Positions 26,591 to 38,564 of a stretch of 64,000 bases of DNA are shown in pieces; the stretch's first letter is position 1; every line of letters starts with the position of its first letter. Both the position numbers and the translations under genes were made by a program. Under the pieces are notes generated by a model. The model did no database searches, was not told where the DNA came from, and saw only the letters and a list, made by a program, of their open reading frames with translations. Origin of the DNA: Eledone cirrhosa (taxonomy: Eukaryota); NCBI GenBank assembly GCA_964016885.1, contig OZ024746.1, positions 96,224,001 through 96,288,000 on the forward strand, in the 5' to 3' direction.

Positions 26591-27073
26591 GATTAATCCA
26601 TGGGTCTCATTACAGTGTGAGTTTTGTCTCAATGTGAGAAGGAATGTATTTTGGCAGTCATAAGTACCTGTCGTGTTGACAATATAGGGTTTGTGAAACC
26701 CTTTCAATCTGGACTAACATATGATAACCTCTCTTGTGTTGATGCCACTATAAAATGCACCCACTACACTCAGTAAAGTGGTTTGTACAGGTGCCAAGAT
26801 AAAATAGACTTAGTACACTCTGTAAAGTAATAGTGCTGGGGCCATGAAAACAACGCACCAAGCATACCCTGTAATGTGGTTGACCTTAGGAAGGGTATCC
26901 AGCTGCAGAAACTATACAATATATGGAATGTTTGAAGAAGATTAGGTCACCTTGACTCATCTGGTATCGGACCATGACATCCTGTCCAACCCATGCTAGT
27001 GTGGAAAGTGAACATAAAATGCTGAATGAGTTAGAGCAGTGGTGGTCTTTGAAAAAGTTTCATCTTCAATATA

Positions 27074-27483
27074 CCGTATGTGCAGGCATACAAGTCAATC
27101 CAGCGCATAGATCGACCCCTAAATTTCTGAGGTTTAATTCAGGTTTAGGCCTATATTTGCTGGATAAGACGACGACCCCCCCCCCCCCCCCCGCCCAAAT
27201 AAGGCATTACCATCTCCCCTATCCTATGAGCTGCAGCAAGTCATTGATATTATTATAATCTCTACATTAAATAAACTTAACAAATATGAGATTCAGTAGG
27301 AAATAATTGTGGTGGGTTGCTAGAGTTATGGTAAGTGGTGTACAACAAGTGTTAGGCTGACAGTTTCACTGTTTACCCCTGATTGATAAAGATTCACATT
27401 TATATTTGGTGGACAAGTCGAAACCTGGTTTTGAAGAGATATTTTTAGGCTCCAAATGTCAACTTGTATGCCAGCATATACAG
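27074..27483. mobile_element. pogo/Tigger-like MITE (degenerate)
   Basis: ta|CCGTATGTGCAGGCATACAAGT ... ACTTGTATGCCAGCATATACAG|ta. Confidence 0.6.
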
Positions 27484-28096
27484 TAGGCCTGATTTTTGGT
27501 TGAGTCATTTCACATTCTTTCTTCTACCAAAACTTTCTGGCCACTGTTATAATCACATTTAGTTATAATACCCATCAATTATAGTCTATGTAATTCCTCT
27601 CTAACCCTTTAACATTTACATTACTCTATATTTACTATTGTATTTTCACAGTAAATACTTTACCTCACATAATATCGAATCTATGAGATTTTGATATTAT
27701 TTATTTTGAGAACAATACCTTAATGCCAGTATGGTATACAGCCAGAACAGAAAGAGATGAGAGAATTCTGGCCAGATACGGCTGGTTTAAATGCTAAAGG
27801 GTTAAAACCTGATCGGTGCCATTAACAGTTAATTCCAATTTCATGTAGTGTATTGTAAATCTTTGTTTTTGAATTTGTTTTGCAAGATTTCATTATCTGA
27901 AAACGTGTGTTGAAACAGATACTGTTATACTTTGGGAGGGTCATGCTGCCAATAACACACGCACCTTCAATTTATTATAAATTTCTTGTCGATTGGTTCA
28001 ATAACCAGATGGTTGTCTATATATTGTCAAAGCTCTTTCGTCACATTCTGTGACCTCCTCAGTGACATATATTCAAAGTTTCATATATGTTTTCAG

Positions 28097-28164
28097 CAAC
28101 ACACCATGAAACTCTCAGAATCTCTGTATTTAATACAATAAAAGTACAAAGTGAAGTAATTGTG
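28097..28164 (+). CDS. MYO1C: Myosin-IC-like exon, TH1: ATHHETLRISVFNTIKVQSEVIV
   Basis: ttttcag/gtaagt splice sites. 68 nt, phase 1 to 0, bridges the flanking exons in frame. The sequence is more divergent. Confidence 0.85.
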
Positions 28165-28509
28165 GTAAGTTATCCAAAATATAATTTTGTTTTCCATTTC
28201 TTCAGTCCAATAAACAAAGAAAAGAAAAAATAAATCTCATATAGTTATATTTTTTTTAAAAAACTGAATTTTTAAGAGTTTGTTGTTGTGATTTTATGAT
28301 TGCAAACCCTTTCTAGCTGGGAAATCATCATCATCATCATCAGCATCGTTTAACGTCCATTTTCCATGCTAGCATGGGTTAGACAGGTTGTCCCATTAGG
28401 GCAGTGGTTTCCAACCTTTTGTGTACCATGTCCCACCTCAACAATTAAAAAATTGTTATGCACCCCACCTCACTCTTTAATATGAAATCAGCAATGATCA
28501 ACTGCAAAG

Positions 28510-29448
28510 TGTAAACAAATTGGTGTATAGGTGGTGTCAGATACACAATAACATGTGAAAGAGGTGAGACAGGAATTTCTGACAGTAATGTGTAGCATAA
28601 AGGTGGTGCCAGATATACAATAACATGTGGAGGAGGTGAGACAGGAGTTTCTGACAGTAATGTGTACCATATAGGTGGTGCCAGTGGTGGAGGAGGTGAG
28701 ACAGGAGTCTCTGACAGTAATGTGTACCATATAGGTGGTGCCAGTGGTGGAGGAGGTGAGACAGGAGTTTCTGACAGTAATGTGTACCATATAGGTGGTG
28801 CCAGTGGTGGAGGAGGTGAGACAGGAGTCTCTGACAGTAATGTGTACCATATAGGTGGTGCCAGTGGTGGAGGAGGTGAGACAGGAGTTTCTGACAGTAA
28901 TGTGTACCATATAGGTGGTGCCAGTGGTGGAGGAGGTGAGACAGGAGTCTCTGACAGTAATGTGTACCATATAGGTGGTGCCAGTGGTGGAGGAGGTGAG
29001 ACAGGAGTTTCTGACAGTAATGTGTACCATATAGGTGGTGCCAGTGGTGGAGGAGGTGAGACAGGAGTCTCTGACAGTAATGTGTACCATATAGGTGGTG
29101 CCAGTGGTGGAGGAGGTGAGACAGGAGTTTCTGACAGTAATGTGTACCATATAGGTGGTGCCAGTGGTGGAGGAGGTGAGACAGGAGTCTCTGACAGTAA
29201 TGTGTACCATATAGGTGGTGCCAGTGGTGGAGGAGGTGAGACAGGAGTTTCTGACAGTAATGTGTACCATATAGGTGGTGCCAGTGGTGGAGGAGGTGAG
29301 ACAGGAGTCTCTGACAGTAATGTGTACCATATAGGTGGTGCCAGTGGTGGAGGAGGTGAGACAGGAGTCTCTGACAGTAATGTGTACCATATAGGTGGTG
29401 CCAGTGGTGGAGGAGGTGAGACAGGAGTCTCTGACAGTAATGTGTACC
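28510..29448. repeat. 60-bp minisatellite (about 14 units plus two older 72-bp units)
   Basis: GGAGGAGGTGAGACAGGAGT(T/C)TCTGACAGTAATGTGTACCATATAGGTGGTGCCAGTGGT periodicity. Confidence 0.95.
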
Positions 29449-29617
29449 AAAGTTGCCTTGATGTAAAGGTGATAAAATAAAACCTGAGGTTTATTCTCAT
29501 TAACATCATTTCAAACGACCCCCTTAACTATTGGATTAGCCTGTAGAATTACATTCATATTAGATTAAAAATGTTCTGATGAAGTAAATAATTGCAACAC
29601 TATATATTTACTTGTAG

Positions 29618-29759
29618 TACGCCACTGCTGTTACCAAGTATGATCGTCATGGTTACAAGCCTCGGAACCGTATCCTCATAGTTACAGACCAAGCTCTTTA
29701 TGTGTTGAATGAAAAAGATTTCAAAGTTAAAGACAAAATAACTTTCATGCAACTAAAAC
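29618..29759 (+). CDS. MYO1C: Myosin-IC-like exon, TH1/PH beta1-beta2: YATAVTKYDRHGYKPRNRILIVTDQALYVLNEKDFKVKDKITFMQLK
   Basis: ttgtag/gtaagt splice sites. Carries the KYDRxGYKPRxR phosphoinositide-binding signature of Myo1c. 142 nt, phase 0 to 1. Confidence 0.95.
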
Positions 29760-29808
29760 GTAAGTATGTTCCTGTAATCATTGTCAAATTAATATAAACT
29801 AACTTATA

Positions 29809-29974
29809 CCGTATTTCCCGGCGCCAAAGACTCTTCCTCCTCAAGGACACCCTAATTTTGACAACGAAAAATTTGAAAAAAAAATAATAAACAATCTTCG
29901 GCCTCCAAGACGCATGGTAGATTTTTTAGACTTACTTTAGAAAAAAGTAGCGGCTTTGACGCCGGGAAATACGG
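29809..29974. mobile_element. pogo/Tc1-superfamily MITE
   Basis: TIR CCGTATTTCCCGGCG / CGCCGGGAAATACGG with a TA TSD. Confidence 0.8.
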
Positions 29975-30625
29975 TAATTTATAGTAGTGTGTATGTATGT
30001 GTAAATATGTTTGTGCAACTTTCATACAACTAAAACACAAGTATGTTCCCGCAGTCATTGTCAGATTAATATAACTTATAGTTTATAGTAGTGTCTATGT
30101 ATGTGTAGATATGTTTGTGTGAATGCAACTCAGCTGGTTACTTTCTTCCCAACTTTCTTTGTCTTATCAAGTCCGTGTATGCATTGATGTTCTCTCTCTC
30201 TCTCTCTCACTGCCTCCATCTCTCTCATTCTCCCCTCTTCCTATCTCTCACTATTATATGCAAATGAATTCCATGTGTCTAGCACACGTGGGCATGCCTA
30301 CAATGTCGGAAAACAGCACAGCTCCCATGTTTTCTGAAACATTTTTTCACGTTCAGAGTTGCTGAAACATGGAACAAACTACCTACATCAGTTGTTAGCT
30401 GCCGAGACACTGCATTCTTTAAAATCTCCATGCTTCCTGCAATTCGCCAACACTACACCTAAAACCCCCGCCCCTCTCCATACACACGCACACATGTATA
30501 TCATGACTCATACACTGTTCACTTTCCTGACATTTGTACATTATTCTATGTACTATACATGCACATTTGATGAGTTGTAGTGCACCTGAGCACTGTACAC
30601 ACTAATTTCATTATTATTTATTGTA

Positions 30626-30840
30626 AATGCGGGCCCAGACGCTGGCCGCCCACGGTCCTGGCAGACAGAATAGAGAAGGCGTTTCCCCGGAGGATGGTGA
30701 GGGAGGCGCGTTGGAAGAGCCATTCCAGTTCGTGGCTCACACCTGCGGGTAGTCAACTCCATGCCGATGAAAGTGAGTAGAGAAGGGTCTGAAGGCCGAG
30801 GACACCAGAAGTATCCACTGCTACGGGCCTGAAATTTTTC
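30626..30840 (-). mobile_element. Second CRE-like endonuclease C-terminal fragment (frameshifted)
   Basis: The minus strand gives FRPVAVDTSGVLG ... ELEWLFQRASLTILRGNAFSILSA across frameshifts. Confidence 0.7.
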
Positions 30841-30951
30841 ATAGTAAAGGCATGTGCCTTAGTAGTTTTGGTTTTTAGCTCACAAGTTCACTTCCTGTTT
30901 GTACATTGTGTCCTTCAGTAAGATACTTTATTTCGTGTTGCTCCAGTCTTA

Positions 30952-31170
30952 TCATCATCATCATTTTTATGTCCTCTTTTCCACGCTTGCATGGGTTGGA
31001 TGGGTTCTTCTCAGCATGCCATCTCTCCACATGTCGCGATCCTTTATCATTTCCTCTGTGAGTCTCAGTAATTTGGGGTCAGCTCTCACAACCTCTGCCC
31101 AGGTCTTTCTTGGTCTACCTCTACCGCAACTTTCTTCCGTTGGTGTTTCCTGGCACTTCTTCCTCCAATG
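30952..31170 (-). mobile_element. RTE family R1 3' fragment
   Basis: KKCQE...GRGRPRKTWAEVVR.D...DRDMWR translation with a (TGA)n tail. Confidence 0.8.
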
Positions 31171-31468
31171 ACCATTGTCCGTGCGAAAGTTGGTAAAAAT
31201 CACTTTCTGTTACACTGAATCTCCCTAAAAACTGCAGAATGCTCAGCCACTTACATGTTAATTTCATGAGCAGGTTACGCCATTGATTGAACAACTGAAC
31301 ACTCATTGTCGAAACCAATGACAGCCCATTCCATCTCACCTGTATTAGCAGCAGGACCATCTCATTAGCTTCACCTGGGACTAGTAAAGGAGATAAAGGG
31401 GGAATATGTTTGGTCTACTGCATTGTGCTGTTTGATGGGAAGGGGAAGACTCAATGACTGCCTCATGT

Positions 31469-32230
31469 GGTACAGGAGGGGGTACAGACTCCATGAGGTG
31501 GTACAGACTTCAGGAGGGGGGTACAGACTTCAGGAGGTGGTACAGACTTCAGGAGGGGGTACAGACTTCAGGAGGGGGTACAGACTCCATGAGGTGGTAC
31601 AGACTTCAGGAGGGGGTACAGACTTCAGGAGGGGGTACAGACTCCATGAGGTGGTACAGACTTCAGGAGGGGGTACAGACTCCATGAGGTGGTAGAGACT
31701 TCAGGAGGGGGTACAGACTCCATGAGGTGGTACAGACTTCATGAGGTGGTACAGACTTCAGGAGGGGGTACAGACTCCATGAGGTGGTACAGACTTCAGG
31801 AGGGGGTACAGACTCCATGAGGTGGTACAGACTCCAGGAGGGGGTACAGACTTCAGGAGAGGGTACAGACTCCATGAGGTGGTACAGACTTCAGGAGGGG
31901 GTACGGACTTCAGGAGGGGGTACAGACTCCATGAGGGGGTACAGACTTCAGGAGGGGGTACAGACTCCATGAGGTGGTACAGACTTCAGGAGGGGGTACA
32001 GACTCCATGAGGGGGTACAGACTTCAGGAGGGGGTACAGACTTCAGGAGGGGGTACAGACTCCATGAGGTGGTACAGACTTCAGGAGGGGGTACAGACTC
32101 CATGAGGTGGTACAGACTTCAGGAGGGGGTACAGACTTCAGGAGGGGGTACAGACTCCATGAGGTGGTACAGACTTCAGGAGGGGGTACAGACTCCATGA
32201 GGTGGTACAGACTTCAGGAGGGGGGTACAG
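31469..32230. repeat. Compound minisatellite of two ~20-bp units (GGTACAGACTTCAGGAGGG / GGTACAGACTCCATGAGGT)
   Basis: Seen directly. Confidence 0.92.
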
Positions 32231-32550
32231 CATTGTCACACTGAATCTCCCTAAGAACTACATTATAGGTACACGTGTTTGAGGAATGCTCAGCCACTTG
32301 CACATTAATTTCATGAGCAGACTCTTCCATTGATCGTATCAATTGGAACACTCGTCATCGTAACTGGCGGAGTGTCGCTATCATACACTAAACTGAATAT
32401 ATCATTCACTCCTTTATTTTCTAAACCATTTATTATGAATGAATTAATGTCTTATATTTATTTATAAACATTTCCTTTAAATTCCCTTATTGGTATAATT
32501 CCAATAGGAACAATTTACATATGATATTCTGTACCTTTTTTTGTACATAG

Positions 32551-32624
32551 GTGTAATAACCAGCTCTTTGACAGATGGTATCTTTGTTGCTATAGTAATA
32601 CCATCTGAGGAAAATGGAACCAAG
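32551..32624 (+). CDS. MYO1C: Myosin-IC-like exon, TH1: RVITSSLTDGIFVAIVIPSEENGTK
   Basis: acatag/gtaaat splice sites. SSLxDxxFV motif of TH1. 74 nt, phase 1 to 0. Confidence 0.92.
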
Positions 32625-34223
32625 GTAAATGAATTTGTTGTTTAACCCTTTACAGTTTACATTACTGTATATTTACTTTTGTTTTTTCATCGTAAACACT
32701 TTATTTCACATAATTATCTCACATAATATCGAATCTATGAGGTTTTGATATTATTTATTTTGAGAACAATACCTTAACATAAGTTTGAGCAGCCAGTTAC
32801 AGCCGGTTTGAACAGAAAGAGGTGAGAGAATTCTGACCAGATACGGCTAGTTTAAATGCTAAAGGGTTAGATGTATTTGTTATGGATCTTATAATACTGT
32901 ATTTGAGAATGATAATTAGAAATTGCATGACTTAACCCTTTCATGGCTATATTTCTAATGAAATACATTTAGTTTCAATTAATTAATGAAGAATTTTTAA
33001 GGATTTATTAAAATTATTAATTATTTTATTACTAAAATAGTAGGCCTGGAGCAATTCTTGAGTACTTCTCATATTTTCATCACACATACACACACATTAA
33101 ATTCTTCAACTAAAGTCAGAACCCAAACTGATTTTTTCCAAATCAAATTCTACTAACTTTCAACTTAATAATAAAAAAAAAAGAAATTAATATTTAACTG
33201 TTGAAATCTAATACTATCTATTATGTAGTAATGAAATTTCAGTCTAGAATTTTAATTTTAATTTGAACACCTTAATAGAGTTGGTTTCAGTTGTGTTTGT
33301 GTTTAGAGCATTAATTTTAAAGTTTATTCAATTTGCTCACCACATTGTGATATTAGTTCACATCTGTAATTATTTTACTTATCTCTAAAAATCTAGACAT
33401 TTTACGGTGAGTAAGAAATCACAAATAAAATATATATAATTTGATTCAGAACTAGAAATATATTTTAAATCTTGTAGACATTTTATGGTGGGTAAAAATA
33501 AAATATATATAATTTGATTCACAACTCAATATGGTGGATATATATTTTAAATTTTGGAGACACAGACATTTATTATTTCATTAAATAATTGTAATTATTT
33601 TACTTGTTGATTATCTTTTCCACATTTCAAGTGTAGTATCACAAAAAATATGATTGAATGTGCCTGTGCCTCTTAATATTTTATCATTTCTTCTCCAAAA
33701 TTGCTAATTCCCATCATTTTATTTCATTTTAAATCATGAACTGTAGTTTTAATAACAATTTGTTTGATTAAAATAAATGCATATTGGTTGAATGTGTTTT
33801 TTTTTTCTTTCTTCTTAGTTATTTGTTTCTAGATTAAGTTATGCTGCATAGTTCTTCTTGTTTACAAAGTACTAATGGTATAACAGTAACTAATATTTTA
33901 TTAGTAACTAATAAAATATTAATTTCTTACTAACATATAAATCTAACTAATATCTAAAAACAAGTTTGTTAATCCAAATGTTTACAGTACTTCTGGACAG
34001 GTCTTTGTGAAAATTTGTAGTGAGTGCTTGCTATTTTGTACTTTTCAAGAATATCTTACTAATGTGTTTTCATGCAATACAGAACATTAATAATTAATCA
34101 TCTTGCAATTTTGTTAAAAGGACTGCATTCATTTTTTTTTTCTCTGCTGTTCCATTCTTTTCATATGGCATGTTATTTAAACTAACAATTTATTTATTTC
34201 CCCCTTCCATTTTGCTATCTCAG

Positions 34224-34259
34224 TCTGGAGGTGAGGATGATGATCCTGATTATGATAAG
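34224..34259 (+). CDS. Candidate alternative 36-nt cassette exon: SGGEDDDPDYDK
   Basis: ACTAAC branch point, pyrimidine tract and ctcag acceptor; AAG|gtaaca donor. Symmetric phase 0 to 0 with no stop, inside a phase-0 intron. It is a purine/G-rich island in AT-rich unique sequence. Confidence 0.6.
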
Positions 34260-37200
34260 GTAACACACATACCCTTCATGGAAACAATTCTTCCCTTTAT
34301 AAACTTTGTAATGATTCTCATTGACCATTTCTTCAAATTAGCATGACTCAACTTTCTTTGCAACTTCATCGCTTCCAACAGATGTTGTCTTTTTTTACCT
34401 TATTTTCCTTCTGTATATTCTATTGAAGTTTTGCTGCTAGCAAGAAATTATTCCATGTATTTCATATTAACCTCTTCAGTGCCACGGACGAGATAGCTCA
34501 ACCTAACATGTTCAAACTCTTTTCCAACAGTTCATAACTTCAAAGTTATGAAATCGTTTCCAACAGTTCATAACTTCAAAGTTATGAACTCATTTCCAAA
34601 AGTTCATAACTTTAAAGCTAGATGGGGTTACTAGTTTATTGATGTGTTGTTAATAAATGTTTGTTTTAAAAAATAGTCATTTTATTGAAAAAAAAAACCA
34701 GCACAGCAACTAAAACTGTAAAATATACACGGCAGTCAACAGGTTAATTACATCTTGGAGGAAGGAGTCATTTCAGTTATTCAAAAAGCACACAAAAACC
34801 GTTAAATTTATTTTGTATTTATCATTATTTTTTGGTGTCAAAATTTTCATTGCGCTGAAGTTCTGTGGCAATAACCAGATGGCAAAAAATGTGATGAAAG
34901 TTTTCACACCAAGGCATAAATGGTAAATATAAAGAGAATTTAACAGTTTATGTATATTTTTGAATGGTTAAGATGAATCTTTTGTGATGTAATTGTTTTA
35001 GTTTCAACACTTCTTCTTCGTCCACTTATTCCTGAGAGGGTCGTGGGGGCAGAGTCCTCAAACACTGCTTCCAGTGGGTCCTGTCAGAAGCTACCATTTC
35101 CAACTGATCCAGCTGGATCCCCAAGCAAGACCAGCCAAGCTCATGGATGTTATCCAACCATCTTGTTCGGGGTCTACCCTTATATCTCCTGTCGTCTGGT
35201 TTTGCCTGTAAAATCTGTCCAGTAATTCTTTCCTGAGACATTTCTACCACATGTCCATAGTATCGGAGCTGTGATCTCTCAATTCAGAGAAGTAGCAGCT
35301 CTACCAGTCTCAAATCAAATCATTTATCAAACAAGTACAAATCCTGTATTTCTACTGTTTTATAACTAAAACTAAATCTAATATCTCCCATCACATAAGA
35401 CTTAGTATTTATATCTCAATATAATTGCCAATTTAAAGGTAGTAGTTTGGCAGTATTGGTAGAAGAACATTGGATAAAATGCAGTATTTGTTCTGGCTTT
35501 GTACATTCTGAGTTCAAATCCCATCAAGGTTAATTTTGCCATTCATTTTTCCAGGGTCGATAAAATAAAGTAACCGTCAAGTACTGGGTTTGATTTAATC
35601 AACTTTTACTGTCCCCCAAATTTGCTGGCCTTGTGCCTAAATTAGAAATCAATATGATTATCAGTTTAGAACACGCATTAACCTCTTCAGTGCCGTAGAC
35701 GAGATAACTTATCCTAATATGTTTGAACTCTTTTCCAACAGTTCATAACTTCAAAGCTAGATGGGGTTACTAGTTTATTGATGTGATGTTTGTCAATCAT
35801 TCAGATATGTGTTGTTAATAAATGTTTGTTTAAAAAAATAGTCATTTCACTGAAAAAAAAACCCAGCAGTCAACAGGTTAAATATTCAAAAGGTTCTGGC
35901 TAAGAAATCATTCCAAGAATATTTCAGTTTCTCTTGGGATCTTCTTACATTGATATGTCATCTTACTATGCTAGAATTTGAACATGGAAGAAATTGTCTT
36001 AAGAACATATATTCAACTGAATATCAAATGCTACATTATAATCTTTACAATACTTTTATTACAATACTTTGTATGGTTTCTGCTGAAAACACAATACCAT
36101 TATCTGAATATATAATCATGACCATTACTTTACCAGTCTATATCTCTGACTCCACAATGATTAGTTTTCAAGTACATAAAATCATTTATTTAACTTGCTT
36201 GGAATATATAACTGGTTAGTTACAAGCTAGCATGGTTTCTATGAAATATCAGCTCCAATTCCAAATAATTTAGAGAGTGTACTGAGTATATTTTATCTCT
36301 ACGGATATACATGATAAAATATATCCAGTATGCTCTGTAGTATGCTTGACATTAGGTTGAATGTCCAGCAGTAGAAATCATGCCAAAATTTGAATATATG
36401 TCAGCAAGATGTAGCTCCCAGCCTGTCTAGGAGTACAGTAGCTCTGATTAAGTACTGTCTTGGTCTGTAATGGCTCCCAGCCTGTCTAGGAGTACAGTAG
36501 CTCTGATTAAGTACCGTCTTTGTCTGTAATGACCCATCCAACCCAAGCAGGCTTGGAAAAACAAATATAGAATAATGATGATGATGATTATAACAACGAT
36601 GACAACTCTGCTTCCTTCAATTGCATCATCTCTTTATGATGGGACGTCTACATGGCAGAGTTTAGAGTTGTACCAGATGGTGTACCAACTGGTGTCTGGA
36701 CCAACTGGTCAACTGTGATCTTAGTTCATTCTCCAAATGGATTGATAGGCTGACCACACAAAAAGCACGTACCAGTATTACTTATCAACAGGACATTTAC
36801 AACATACAGTAGTTACGACAAACAGTAGTCACAACATATATTGGCTGCATCTCGGTTTCAAGAATTTCCCTTCCTTGACCTTTTTCTCATACATGGGTGG
36901 TGCCAAGGACTTAGATTTCTTTCTGGATAACCTGCAATGAAAGAAAAAGAAAAGGCTATGCTTACGCAACACATGTGAAAGTCGTTTAGATCAAGTGATA
37001 CCTGTGTTTGAAGCTTTTTTAAGTGATGGAAGGCCTTGCACTGGAGCAGTCCCACTCTATAACAATGGTAACAGGTATTCAAAAAGAACAACAGATCAAC
37101 ATCATTGGCTGCCATCGAGTCACAGGTTTTACATCAGAATTTTCCTTCTCTTAGAATGATGTCCTAACAAGAACTAAGGGTTTCTCACTCCCGGTGGGCT

Positions 37201-37739
37201 AACTATGCACTTGGGCACCAAACTCAGCATTTCCATGTCCCTGTGCTAACATCGTTGGTTCGATTCTTGGGTTGCGTATTGTGTTCTTGAGCAAAACACT
37301 TCATTTTACGTTGCTCCCGTATACTCAACTGAAAATGAGTACCAGCAATAGCTGGGGGTTTAACCCTGTGATGGACTAGCATCCTCTCCAGGGGAAAGTA
37401 TTGTACTCTCAGTTGCTTCATGCCATGGAAACCAGGATAAGCATCAGCCTGATGAGCCTCGAAGCTCTAAACAGACTTTAGATTTATTTTTAGACTTAGT
37501 GCCTACATACAGAAGTCACAACACACACTACTCATCATCATCATTGTTTTTACCTCAGTTTTTCCATCATCATCATCATCGTTTAACGTCTATCTTCCAT
37601 GGTAGCATGGGTTTCCCCGTTCTTATTAATTAGATGAGTCCTATTAATTTGATATTTGAAAATGTGGGAATCCTTAACACAGAAAATAACTAACAACATT
37701 TGATCACTATAAATAAGAACTTAGAAACTGGGGTAAAAT

Positions 37740-38305
37740 CAGGGCCAGATTTAAACCTTGTGGCACCTGGGGCACTTCATGTTGGTGTGTGTGTTGGGGG
37801 GGGGGGGGCATACACACAAAAAAATAGAATACTCAGCAAACCCCCAATTTTACCTATCAAAGTCATCTTGGTGCAAGTAATTGGAATTGAAAAGTTATAC
37901 ATATAAGTATTAAATTTTAAAAAATCTGAGACCAGACATAGTGGAGCAATGTTATCTTGCTCATACATTACATATTTGGCATGGTTTCTATGGCTTGATT
38001 TCCTTAACATAACCACTTTACAGTGTTTACTGGGTATATTGTTTTGTGATACCAGCACAACCACTTTACACAGTTGACTAGATATAGTCTATCAAGGTAC
38101 CAACACTAACAATTTACAGGATGGATTGAGGGCATTTTATCATGACACTAGTACTAAAGAGGTTGTCACATGCTTGTTGTCAAAGGGATAAACTAAAAAG
38201 CCCAGCAGAGGGCACAAATAAATTAATATGGCTGTCACTGGTGGGGCCCCTACTTTGGGAGTACCAAGACAATTGCCCCTTTGCCATGCAATAAATCTGG
38301 CCCTG
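37740..38305. mobile_element. hAT-like non-autonomous transposon with an 8-bp TSD
   Basis: TIR CAGGGCCAGATTT / AAATCTGGCCCTG and TSD GGTAAAAT on both sides (37732-37739, 38306-38313). A related copy lies at about 54420-54890. Confidence 0.85.
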
Positions 38306-38564
38306 GGTAAAATAACTCTAGAGACTAACCACTTTTTTCCATCTCTAGGAGTATTTTACCCAAATTTCTGAGCTATTATTCACAGAAATTGACTCTTGTT
38401 ACAACTATTTTCTGCCTTTGGGATTCCCACATTAACACATCTCTCTATTTGTTTCTTTCCTTTGTTCGATTCAGTTTAAGATTAGCTTTCACTAACTTTG
38501 CCCATCTCTTTCTTGGTCTTCCACTTGGAGTTCTTAGCACATCACCCAATGATTGTCACTCATT

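Noticed and set aside
33398-33407. 10-nt exon-like segment (tag|ACATTTTACG|gtgagt)
   Set aside because: It would shift the frame, has a poor acceptor, and is part of a local duplication of about 80 bp.
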